DNA of 64,000 nt, from positions 1-64,000 of IMG/VR virus record IMGVR_UViG_3300023184_000024, one strand, 5' to 3'. Made by a program: the position numbers and the translations under genes. This document shows, in pieces, positions 48,661 to 57,623 of this stretch. The stretch's first letter is position 1; each line of letters opens with the position of its first letter. Below the pieces are notes generated by a model. It was not told the origin of the DNA, searched no databases, and saw only the letters and a list, made by a program, of their open reading frames with translations.

Positions 48661-49464
48661 ATGCCACAACGTATATTAATCATGGGCTTGCCTGGCGCAG
48701 GCAAAACATATCTAGCACAGCACATACTCGAACACTTGCAAAACGAAAAGAAACGAGTGCAATGGCTCAACGCTGACGATGTGCGTAAAAAATACAATGA
48801 CTGGGATTTCAGTCACGAAGGACGTATTCGCCAAAGTCTGCGCATGCGAGAACTAGCAGATGCCATGACTGATGTAGACTATGTTATCTGCGACTTTGTT
48901 GCTCCGCTGGTTGAAATGCGCAACAACTTCAAAGCAGATTGGACCGTCTGGGTTGATACCATAGACAAGGGCAGATACGAAGACACTAATCGAGCCTTTG
49001 TCCCTCCCGAAGTCTACGACTTCAGAATCACAGAACAACACGGGGAAAAGTGGGGCGAGTTTGTTGCCGCACACATACTAGATAATCGTCGTCGTCCTGT
49101 ATTTGATTGGCAGCGAGAAACAGTGCAGATGTTGGGTCGCTGGCAGCCTTGGCATGCCGGTCACCGTGCATTATTTGAACGAGCCATAGCCAAAACTGGG
49201 CAAGTTTGTATAATGATCCGGGATTGTCAGGGCTGGCAGGGATCCAACCCTTTTGCCATAGAACAAGTCAAAGGGTATATTCGACGAGACCTAGACATGC
49301 TGTATCAAGGGCAGTATGAAATACAAGTTGTGCCCAACATTGTCAACATCACCTACGGCAGAGATGTGGGTTATCGGATTGAACAAGAATCATTTGATGC
49401 TGCCACACACTCTATTTCAGCTACTAAAATACGAAAAGAATTAAAAGACCAAGGTCTTTTATAA
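48661..49464 (+). CDS. cysC: adenylylsulfate kinase fused to a HIGH-family nucleotidyltransferase
   Basis: GLPGAGKT, NADDVR, DFS..GR, F.PP; C-terminal GRWQPWHAGH...NPF...ISATKIR. Confidence 0.8.
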   Translation: MPQRILIMGLPGAGKTYLAQHILEHLQNEKKRVQWLNADDVRKKYNDWDFSHEGRIRQSLRMRELADAMTDVDYVICDFVAPLVEMRNNFKADWTVWVDTIDKGRYEDTNRAFVPPEVYDFRITEQHGEKWGEFVAAHILDNRRRPVFDWQRETVQMLGRWQPWHAGHRALFERAIAKTGQVCIMIRDCQGWQGSNPFAIEQVKGYIRRDLDMLYQGQYEIQVVPNIVNITYGRDVGYRIEQESFDAATHSISATKIRKELKDQGLL

Positions 49465-50126
49465 TGAAAACAGTGACCCAGACTGACATTGAAGTGTGCT
49501 CGTGTGGACCATTGGTGTATGTGAGAACACTGAAATGTGCCAGCACCTTTTTTTATTGGAATTTTACAAAAACTTTTGGTTGGCATGAAATCGACTACCA
49601 AGACATTGACTGGGACCGTCAACATGTGTTTGGACATCTGGCTGAACCCATTACACGCAGACACAAAGCCGTGGCCGAGTACATTGACATGCACAGTCTT
49701 GGTCATGAATATCTCAACAATGAAAATCTACAGCAATTGTTGGATGAAACACCAACCTTGGACTGCCATTCTGCGCCGTATTTAGATACATTTCAGACTG
49801 ATGCTTATCGAATTGATTGGATTCCGTTGTCAGACAACAACGATGACAACATTGACATAACAGCTCGATTGTTGCGCACCTACGGCGTCGATAATGTTCA
49901 ATGGGACCGTGATTTTGATCACAGTGCCAGTGCATCAAAAAAAGCTGTGGAATTAAAATTAAAAGAAACATGGGAAAAGAGATATTCCACGTACAATGAT
50001 TTACCTGCATGGTTGAAACGTCATTACTCTGATGATATAACCTTGTACCGTGTAGTTACATCAAAGTTTAATCCTGATGCGTCCAGCTGGACTGACACCA
50101 GTTGGATACGACACCCAACGCCATGA
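49464..50126 (+). CDS. sulfotransferase family 2-like protein
   Basis: YV..LKCASTF...EP..R...D.HS...Y..D..LY. Confidence 0.65.
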   Translation: MKTVTQTDIEVCSCGPLVYVRTLKCASTFFYWNFTKTFGWHEIDYQDIDWDRQHVFGHLAEPITRRHKAVAEYIDMHSLGHEYLNNENLQQLLDETPTLDCHSAPYLDTFQTDAYRIDWIPLSDNNDDNIDITARLLRTYGVDNVQWDRDFDHSASASKKAVELKLKETWEKRYSTYNDLPAWLKRHYSDDITLYRVVTSKFNPDASSWTDTSWIRHPTP

Positions 50127-51049
50127 TCTTGCCTGACTTTGACATACTAGAATTCCGCAATTTGCAACTGGAATATTCGGGCATGGATCACCCTGATTTT
50201 TGCGCTGATCCGGCGCATTTTAAAAAATACACAAAGAAAATACACTATCAATACAACAGTCGAGGTTTTCGAGACAGGGAATGGCCTGCCAATCCGCAAC
50301 TACGAGATTGTGTATGGTGCTTTGGGGACAGTTTCACAGCTGGTGTGGGCAGTCCAGGGACAGACACCTGGGTGCGTCAGGTTGAACAAGCACTGGGCCG
50401 ACCTTGCGTCAACATCAGCTTGGATGGCGCCAACAACCAATGGATAGCAGAAAAAATACAGCGTGTTCAACGGGAAATCAATCCCAGATATATCATTGTG
50501 CAATGGAGTTATCTTCATAGAGTGCCGGCTTCTGCCGACGATTTTGCCGACCGTGTCAACGATGCATGGCAACGATTTTATGAAAATATCCGGGACCCTG
50601 GTTGGCCCGACTGTGCAGACCACAAGAATTTTGTCAATTTACCTGAAGAAATAAAACAAGAAATTGTCAAAGACTTTGGTATTCCTGGTTACTTCGAATA
50701 CCAAAATTCTGAATTAATTGTCAACGACTTTAAATTGGATAATCTCAAACTTAGGCACCATGCACCTTGGATTCCGAGCACACACGAAGAAGACCTGGCA
50801 AGAACACTGGACGGTGTTAAACGTGTACAACGTTGGGGCGAAACAAAAATTCTTCACAGTTGTGTGCCGTTGTTTGCACCAAAAAATATACGCAAGTTAT
50901 TTTACCAGCACTTGTCTGACCAACAATATCATTATATTCCAGAGTTCACACCGCTTGACCTTGCCCGAGATGGCTGGCATTATGACATCAAAACTAGTGA
51001 GAAATTTGCTGAATTGGCAAAGGCGCACTGGCATCAGCAGAATTGGTAA
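50123..51049 (+). CDS. SGNH-like hydrolase
   Basis: YNSRGFR, FGDSFT.G, N....GA.N, QWS, DGWH. Confidence 0.75.
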   Translation: MILPDFDILEFRNLQLEYSGMDHPDFCADPAHFKKYTKKIHYQYNSRGFRDREWPANPQLRDCVWCFGDSFTAGVGSPGTDTWVRQVEQALGRPCVNISLDGANNQWIAEKIQRVQREINPRYIIVQWSYLHRVPASADDFADRVNDAWQRFYENIRDPGWPDCADHKNFVNLPEEIKQEIVKDFGIPGYFEYQNSELIVNDFKLDNLKLRHHAPWIPSTHEEDLARTLDGVKRVQRWGETKILHSCVPLFAPKNIRKLFYQHLSDQQYHYIPEFTPLDLARDGWHYDIKTSEKFAELAKAHWHQQNW

Positions 51050-52151
51050 TTAACTGCGGGTTCCATACCTGCTGTTCAGACTCAATTTGAGCCTGCACTA
51101 CAAGCTCAGTGACTGGCTTGCCCACGGTGGGATTTTCTGCAATCCATTGATTGTAGATTTCTCTGCATTGTTCAAAGTTGCGTATCATAAAACGCTTTTC
51201 TGCTAGAGTTTGTTTTTTAATAGGAACGTTGCCAGATAATATACCTAGGTTAATCATTTTTTCAATGCTGTGTGTGGCAGCCATGTAATTTTTGACATGT
51301 GTTCTTACAAAACTACGTTGCTCCACCGGCAAGTGGGCAACAACATTACTGGGAGCAGATTCGGGCAAGTCTTTGTCAATGTTGGTTGATCCTAGTTTTA
51401 GCAGGCCGTTACTGTTGTCCATGGCCAGTGCTCCTATGTTACTGGTATAATAATTACACCGATTCCAGTCGCTGAAACTAATGCCATAGGTATCTTTGAA
51501 AGTTTGTATTTTTTTCTGGCCTGCAAATATTGGCAGATTCAGCGCATAATTTTCTATGTCAGGCATGTGTCGTTCATAATGAAAATACGAACTTATCCCA
51601 AAATGGCGTTCACTCCATTCTAAATATAGACGATAGTCTTCGAGTATTTTAACCATTACTTCAGGATCAACATCAACCCCGTCGCGATATATTTCATAAA
51701 ATGCACTGATTTTCTCCTGTCCCGAATAGACATTTTTCTTTTTGGTTATTCTATTCAATGCCCATGATATGGCATGCTCAAACACATTTTCTCGACGAGC
51801 TGAAATAATAAAGAAATTGTCATTGAGGTATTGATAAAAAGGCATCAACTCGCTCATGTCATCGTTGCGATTTCGCAGATGATAGTGTGCCAAGCGTGAT
51901 GTTTTAAAATGATCAACGCTGCTCAGCATGTCCACAATTTCCGTCAATGATTGATGGTATCCCCAAGTGGCCTGGTGTTTGCAGACAATTTCTCGATTGA
52001 AATCTGCACTGTAAAATTTGTTTAGACCATTGACAAGTTCGTGCAAATTAATAACAGGCTGACCATAGTCCTGCAACTGCATAAAAACTGTGATCACTCG
52101 TTGCAGTAAAGTACTGCCAACGGCATCTGGCGTGAGTATAAGTACGTTCAT
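50994..52151 (-). CDS. sulfotransferase-like hypothetical protein
   Basis: ILTPDAVGSTLL, LHE, RREN.FE..ISW, YE. Confidence 0.55.
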   Translation of the reverse strand: MNVLILTPDAVGSTLLQRVITVFMQLQDYGQPVINLHELVNGLNKFYSADFNREIVCKHQATWGYHQSLTEIVDMLSSVDHFKTSRLAHYHLRNRNDDMSELMPFYQYLNDNFFIISARRENVFEHAISWALNRITKKKNVYSGQEKISAFYEIYRDGVDVDPEVMVKILEDYRLYLEWSERHFGISSYFHYERHMPDIENYALNLPIFAGQKKIQTFKDTYGISFSDWNRCNYYTSNIGALAMDNSNGLLKLGSTNIDKDLPESAPSNVVAHLPVEQRSFVRTHVKNYMAATHSIEKMINLGILSGNVPIKKQTLAEKRFMIRNFEQCREIYNQWIAENPTVGKPVTELVVQAQIESEQQVWNPQLITNSADASAPLPIQQISH

Positions 52152-52169
52152 AATAACTGTATTTAATCG

Positions 52170-53072
52170 ATGACCAAAGACCTTAATATTCTTTATTTCA
52201 GTGGAGGTGGTGGATTCTTATTCTGCCATTTATTGTTGCTGGGTGAACAGCATTTTGCACACATTGATTATCCGCAGGCCTATGATCAGTCCGGGCCTTG
52301 GGTACTACAACTGGCACAGGATCCTGATTTTTGCCAGTGGATCATGGACCAGGGTAGACTGCCTGAATCAGACTACCAAGGATTGAAACAGCCGTCATGG
52401 CCTAGTTACTCAGACTACGTTGCGCAAGGCAATCATTGGCCTGAAGTGCAACAGGCCCTGCTGTATGCAGTGGCCCAAAACAACAATGACATTGCCGACG
52501 TTGCTGAGTTGAATTATCGTAAATTTCGTGTGTTTTTTCAACATGTGATGCAGTCACAGTGGGATCCAGGACGACGTTACTGGAAGCAAACTGAATACTG
52601 GCCGCGCAACGACACCACTGGAACAACACCCATACCGCCAGGGGTGGGCAGACTATATCTACACGGACACAAACTCACTGACTGGTTGGAATCCCCACAC
52701 CCAGGCACAAAAGTATTGTTGTACACAGATGTGCGCAGTCATCTGCGATTGGCCAGCTATAAAAATGCTTGGTTTTACAATGATCTAGACGGCCGGACCT
52801 GGAAACCCACTAGAACAAATGGGCATCGCTGGGTGCTGAGGAACTGGACTGGGCACATGCCCGACGGGCAGCCGGTGTTCAACCAAGCTGCCACTGCTGA
52901 AAAATACGCTGACATTGTGATAAAATTGCAGGATTTGGTCAACTATCCAGAAGCAACATTGGCCAAGTTTGGCATGAGTTTCAACCACAGTCAGCAAAAA
53001 TTGCTGGCGCACTGGCGCAGTCAGCACCCAGTTGAACTGCTTGAACGACTGGGCATCCACCCGAACAACTAA
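52170..53072 (+). CDS. hypothetical protein, possible sulfotransferase fold
   Basis: LYFSGGGG.LF.HLL; internal Y..LK.PSWP motif. Confidence 0.55.
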   Translation: MTKDLNILYFSGGGGFLFCHLLLLGEQHFAHIDYPQAYDQSGPWVLQLAQDPDFCQWIMDQGRLPESDYQGLKQPSWPSYSDYVAQGNHWPEVQQALLYAVAQNNNDIADVAELNYRKFRVFFQHVMQSQWDPGRRYWKQTEYWPRNDTTGTTPIPPGVGRLYLHGHKLTDWLESPHPGTKVLLYTDVRSHLRLASYKNAWFYNDLDGRTWKPTRTNGHRWVLRNWTGHMPDGQPVFNQAATAEKYADIVIKLQDLVNYPEATLAKFGMSFNHSQQKLLAHWRSQHPVELLERLGIHPNN

Positions 53073-53094
53073 ATATATCAGCCTAGGAACTAAC

Positions 53095-53730
53095 ATGAGT
53101 TTTGAATTTGAATTTACCCAACAAAAATTAGCAGAAATGGTGCCAGGAAATCCCTACATCGACCATTGGTACGAAGCCATTGCTGAAATACTACCCGAGT
53201 ACGAAATTAACACACCAGCCCGAGTGGCCATGTTCATTGCACAGTGTGCGCATGAAAGTGGTGGGTTCCGTGCCATCAAAGAAAACTTGAATTATCGTGC
53301 CGCAAGTTTGCGCAAGTTATTCCCCAAGTATTTTGCCGACGATGCTGTGGCAAATCGCTATGCCAGCATGCCCAACAAGCAAGAAGCCATTGCCAATAGA
53401 ATCTATGCCAACAGAATGGGCAACGGCCCAGAAGAAAGCGGTGACGGCTATCGCTACTGTGGCCGTGGACTAATTCAACTCACTGGCAAAAACAACTACA
53501 CTTTGTTTGCTGGCAGCTTGGGCATACCTGTAGAAGAGTGTGCCGACTACCTGGCCACCTTTGAAGGTGCTGTGCAAAGTGCTTGCTGGTTCTGGGAAAC
53601 CAACAATTTAAATCAATGGGCCGACAAAGGTGATGTGCTCACTGCAACAAAACGCATCAATGGTGGCACAATTGGCCTAGAAGATCGCATCAAACACTAC
53701 AACCATGCACTGCATGTGTTAGGAGCCTGA
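53095..53730 (+). CDS. endolysin, glycoside hydrolase family 19
   Basis: F.AQ.AHES, ENLNY, Y.GRGLIQLTG..NY, SACWFW, INGG..GL.DR. Confidence 0.93.
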   Translation: MSFEFEFTQQKLAEMVPGNPYIDHWYEAIAEILPEYEINTPARVAMFIAQCAHESGGFRAIKENLNYRAASLRKLFPKYFADDAVANRYASMPNKQEAIANRIYANRMGNGPEESGDGYRYCGRGLIQLTGKNNYTLFAGSLGIPVEECADYLATFEGAVQSACWFWETNNLNQWADKGDVLTATKRINGGTIGLEDRIKHYNHALHVLGA

Positions 53731-53734
53731 ACCT

Positions 53735-54211
53735 GTGTGGATACTACATTTCTTACCTGACGGATTTCTAGAATTTGTAATCTATGCAATATTGGGTGCA
53801 GGGTTTGTGGCCACTGTGGTGTCATTGGTGTTTATCAATCCCTTGTTGAGATTCTTTCCCGGCATTGCTGGCACATATAGATTGATACAATTGGCCAGTG
53901 TGGCGGTGTTCCTGGTGGGTGTTTATCTATGGGGCGGGTACAGCACAGAAATGCGCTGGCGCAAGGAAGTTGCAGAACTGCAACAACGAGTTGAAGAAGC
54001 AAAGGCAGCGGCAACAGCAGCCAATGAGTTGATTGTCGAAGATAGTAAAACCAAAGTCAAGTACATCAAAGGACGCACAGAGTATATCACACAGTACATT
54101 GACAAAGAGATTGTCAAATACGACACCAAGTTTTTACCCGGAGGAGTCTGTGAGATTCCTAGAGAATTTATCAAGGCACACAATGATGCCGCGGAGGCAC
54201 CCAAAAAATGA
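53735..54211 (+). CDS. inner-membrane spanin (Rz-like)
   Basis: N-terminal TM helices, coiled coil, C-terminal C.IP...HN.AA. Confidence 0.65.
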   Translation: MWILHFLPDGFLEFVIYAILGAGFVATVVSLVFINPLLRFFPGIAGTYRLIQLASVAVFLVGVYLWGGYSTEMRWRKEVAELQQRVEEAKAAATAANELIVEDSKTKVKYIKGRTEYITQYIDKEIVKYDTKFLPGGVCEIPREFIKAHNDAAEAPKK

Positions 54212-55248
54212 GAGCAAACGAATTCGTCACTGAAGGCTGGAGCCAAAAGTACAAGAACAGCATCAACTGTAGTCACCCCAAAGGCTTTAGTCAACGTGCT
54301 CATTGTGCTGGTAAAAAGAAACACAATGAGTCAATTGAAATGGAAATGGTGTGTGAAGACTGCGGTATGTGCCAAACACACGGCAACCTCAATGAAATTA
54401 AAAAAGGTGCCAAAGACTCAAATGGCTTTACCAAGTGCTGGCCGGGTAAACATGCAGTAGGTACTAAGAAGGGCAAGAATGGCGGCCAGGTTCGTAACTG
54501 TAAGCCCAACGAAAGCGCAGAATTAAATGAATTTGCACTGCCTGGTGGTAGCGGCGGCGATTCAGGACAGTGGTACACTGATGACGAGCTTGCAGACATC
54601 ATTGGTGACGATTGGTTCGAAGACTTTGACGTTAGTAACGATGGATTCAACATTGATGCCTACGGTGAAAAAGCCAAGAAAAACCTAGTGGGTTATGCCA
54701 ACTCCTGGTTTGACGATAAAGGTTACAATGTCAACGTAATGGGCGTAGAACACAATGATGTTGACCATGACTTAAAATGGTACATTGTTGGTAGTTTTCA
54801 CAATCCTAACTTTGCAGATAAAGATGTAGACGAAGGCTTGACAGAAGAGTTTGATCTTATTGAATCTATTATTGAAGGTATTGCGGCACAAAATGGTGTA
54901 GATGCTGAAGCAGTCTGGGCGGACCTAGAATCATTAACTGAAGATGAGTTGTATGCTTTTGCTGTGACTTCACAACTGAACGAAGACTGGCAGAAAGCCA
55001 ACAAGCGTGACAGCACAGATGGCATGAGTCAAAAAGCAGTTAATGCTTATCGCAGAGAGAATCCAGGTAGCAAGTTAAAGACTGCTGTGACTACCAAGCC
55101 CTCAAAGTTGAAGAAAGGGTCAAAGGCCAGCAAGCGTAGATCAAGTTATTGCAGTCGTAGTCGTGGGCAAATGAAAATGCACAACATCAGCTGTGCTAAG
55201 ACTCCCGACAAGGCCATCTGCAAAGCACGACGTAGGTGGAACTGCTGA
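54208..55248 (+). CDS. modular internal-head-like protein (C-terminal DUF6321-like)
   Basis: Leader MRANEFVTE; Cys-rich modules; C-terminal RR.SYC.RS...RRRWNC. Confidence 0.7.
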   Translation: MRANEFVTEGWSQKYKNSINCSHPKGFSQRAHCAGKKKHNESIEMEMVCEDCGMCQTHGNLNEIKKGAKDSNGFTKCWPGKHAVGTKKGKNGGQVRNCKPNESAELNEFALPGGSGGDSGQWYTDDELADIIGDDWFEDFDVSNDGFNIDAYGEKAKKNLVGYANSWFDDKGYNVNVMGVEHNDVDHDLKWYIVGSFHNPNFADKDVDEGLTEEFDLIESIIEGIAAQNGVDAEAVWADLESLTEDELYAFAVTSQLNEDWQKANKRDSTDGMSQKAVNAYRRENPGSKLKTAVTTKPSKLKKGSKASKRRSSYCSRSRGQMKMHNISCAKTPDKAICKARRRWNC

Positions 55249-55514
55249 TGAGATATCTTGTGTTTGCACTAGCACTAGGGTTGACTGCGTGTACCACAGT
55301 TCCTGTCACTGCACAGTTTCCCAACAAGCCCGGAGAATTAGTTTCAACTGCTTGCCCCAATTTGGAAAAATTAAAAGACGCACCAACATTGAGTGATGTG
55401 TCACGTACCATTACCAATAATTATGGTGCCTACTACGAATGTGCTGTCAAGGTTGACATGTGGATTCGCTGGTACAATGAACAACGAGTTATATTTGAAG
55501 GAGTTAGTAAATGA
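55248..55514 (+). CDS. outer-membrane lipoprotein spanin (Rz1-like)
   Basis: Lipobox LTAC; FP..P...CP.L...NY..Y.EC. Confidence 0.7.
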   Translation: MRYLVFALALGLTACTTVPVTAQFPNKPGELVSTACPNLEKLKDAPTLSDVSRTITNNYGAYYECAVKVDMWIRWYNEQRVIFEGVSK

Positions 55515-56047
55515 CCGAAGAAAAGAAACCCCTATCACGCAGTGAACGTGAAGCACAGATCAAAGACAAAGCAGGTCTTGTCATTGTTGTCATGGCCCTG
55601 TTCCTGGCAGCCAACACCTACCTTGCCAACAGCTTTAGTGGCACTGCGCAAACCAATCTGTTGCAGGCCAGCAACACTTACGGCTTTTATCAGAGTAAAT
55701 CAATCAAGCAAACTCTAGCTGAAGGACAGTTAGAAGAAGCTCGAAAGGGCACAGACAAGGCACGTATCGAAAAGTTAGAAGCCAAGATTGCTAGATACGA
55801 AAGTGAGCCTGCCACCGGCGAAGGTAAAAAAGAACTGTTGGCCAAGGCACGAGCACAGGAAGCCGCACGTGACGAGGCTAGAGCACACGGACCTTGGTTG
55901 ACATTTTCGGGCATGTTGTTTCAACTTGCCATTGTGTTACTTTCTGCTAGTATTCTAGCAGTGAATAACCGCATGTACAAAGGTAGTTTGGCAGTGGGCG
56001 CACTGGCTGCTGTGCTAATGGCCCAAGGCTATTGGTTGTGGATTTAA
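55511..56047 (+). CDS. DUF4337-like membrane protein
   Basis: A...Y..YQSKSIK...FQ.AIVL.SA. Confidence 0.7.
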   Translation: MTEEKKPLSRSEREAQIKDKAGLVIVVMALFLAANTYLANSFSGTAQTNLLQASNTYGFYQSKSIKQTLAEGQLEEARKGTDKARIEKLEAKIARYESEPATGEGKKELLAKARAQEAARDEARAHGPWLTFSGMLFQLAIVLLSASILAVNNRMYKGSLAVGALAAVLMAQGYWLWI

Positions 56048-56062
56048 TAACAAGGACGTAGT

Positions 56063-56653
56063 ATGACAGCAAAAATAAGCGCGAGCGAGCAGAAAAAAGA
56101 AGACTGGATGAATTCAAAGTGGCGTCCGGCCATGGGTTGGTTGTACATGTTTGTGTGTTTCTTTGACTTTGTACTTGCACCCATACTCTGGAGCCTAGTA
56201 CAGGCCTTGTACAAGGGTGGTGTCAATGTACAATGGCAACCACTTACACTGCAAGGTGCTGGGCTATTCCACATCTCCATGGGCGCTGTGCTGGGTCTTG
56301 CCGCTTATGGTAGAACACAAGAAAAACTAAACGGAGCAAACAATGGCGGAATCAACTTACCACCGAATGTCGGAACAACATATCAAGCTCCGGCACCAGC
56401 TGGACAGTCCATGCCCGGTGCATTTGGTGCCCCAACAGCAACAACAGTCACACAGTCCTGGGGCACAACTCCCATCGGTGGCGGGTACGGAACCTCAGCA
56501 CCCGGATTCGGGGCAGTACCACCAGCCTCAACAGGCTTTGGTGGCAATACAGGATTTGGAGCGTCAGCGTCTAATGGCTTTGGGCCAGCAACGGTGACAA
56601 CTGGATGGGGCGGCAAGAAGGTTGTACCCCAACAAGACGATCCATTAATTTAA
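56063..56653 (+). CDS. holin (3TM, GTA-release type) with low-complexity tail
   Basis: WRPAMGW...LG..AYGRTQEK. Confidence 0.8.
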   Translation: MTAKISASEQKKEDWMNSKWRPAMGWLYMFVCFFDFVLAPILWSLVQALYKGGVNVQWQPLTLQGAGLFHISMGAVLGLAAYGRTQEKLNGANNGGINLPPNVGTTYQAPAPAGQSMPGAFGAPTATTVTQSWGTTPIGGGYGTSAPGFGAVPPASTGFGGNTGFGASASNGFGPATVTTGWGGKKVVPQQDDPLI

Positions 56654-56663
56654 GGAAATTAAA

Positions 56664-56882
56664 ATGAAAAACGTTATATTTGTAGCAGGACTATGTTTGA
56701 CATTGGCACAGCCAGTGTTGGCCGAAGAGCCAAAAAAAGAAACTGTACGAGTCTGTATTGATGTACAAGGCAAGGATGGCAAGCCTGTCTTGGACGCTAA
56801 AACGGGTAAACCCAAACAGGACTGCAAAGAAATGAAAAAGCACAAAAAGCACGAAGGCACAGCTATTCCTGAAAAGAAATAA
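56664..56882 (+). CDS. small secreted basic protein
   Basis: Signal peptide, two Cys, KHKKHEG. Confidence 0.7.
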   Translation: MKNVIFVAGLCLTLAQPVLAEEPKKETVRVCIDVQGKDGKPVLDAKTGKPKQDCKEMKKHKKHEGTAIPEKK

Positions 56883-56883
56883 C

Positions 56884-56930
56884 TTGACTTAACTCAACAA
56901 GTCCTGTATAATTGTTGTACAGGACTTTTT
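56884..56930 (+). promoter_or_regulatory. early promoter embedded in a terminator hairpin
   Basis: TTGACT-17-TATAAT(56907); stem AAGTCCTGTA/TACAGGACTT followed by TTT. Confidence 0.75.
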
Positions 56931-56931
56931 C

Positions 56932-57312
56932 ATGACTGATAAATTTATTATTAACGATTTACCCAATGGCACATACAGTGTAACTTGGCCAGGGCATGAA
57001 CACATTGTGGTCAATAATCCCGGCAAAGTACTAAAGTTGCTGGAGATCATGTTTGATGTTGTGGGTGTAGATGAAGCCATGATTGGTTTGTACGAACGGG
57101 GCAGAGACAACCACTGGCGCACCATGCACATTTCAAATATGCTATGGTTAGAAGATCATGTTCGTGAACACATGGCCAAACGGCTGGCAGAATATACTAT
57201 ACCAGGTGTAAGATTTACAGACATTTATCAAGCAGAGAAGTTCAAGAATCACATGGAAAAACTGTTGGTCTGGGCCAGACTCAGCAACGGAATGTCATGG
57301 TGCCATGAGTGA
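56932..57312 (+). CDS. hypothetical protein
   Basis: ORF after promoter. Confidence 0.7.
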   Translation: MTDKFIINDLPNGTYSVTWPGHEHIVVNNPGKVLKLLEIMFDVVGVDEAMIGLYERGRDNHWRTMHISNMLWLEDHVREHMAKRLAEYTIPGVRFTDIYQAEKFKNHMEKLLVWARLSNGMSWCHE

Positions 57313-57604
57313 TTTAGAAAACGAAATAGCCCAGACTCTAGCTGACGAAATTGCCAAAGAAATAGACAAAGAAATACTAGATACATTTATGACGGACATA
57401 TTAGTAGAAGAAGGTTGGATAAAAACTAAAATCAATCCTGCGTTTCCACCTAACGGAATGATGTCTGGCAGTTTCAATGAATGGTACAGCCAAACCGCAG
57501 AATGGGTACACTTAAACGCCCAAGGTGACTACAAGTTGTTAAAAGGTCAGTGGTTATTCAAGGACCCCAAAGACGCCACTGCGTTCTTATTGAGGTGGTC
57601 ATGA
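57305..57604 (+). CDS. small protein of the F-x4-D-x3-F-x-L-x-W family
   Basis: WLFKDPKDATAFLLRWS. Confidence 0.75.
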   Translation: MSDLENEIAQTLADEIAKEIDKEILDTFMTDILVEEGWIKTKINPAFPPNGMMSGSFNEWYSQTAEWVHLNAQGDYKLLKGQWLFKDPKDATAFLLRWS

Positions 57605-57623
57605 CAACGACATAATTATTAAC

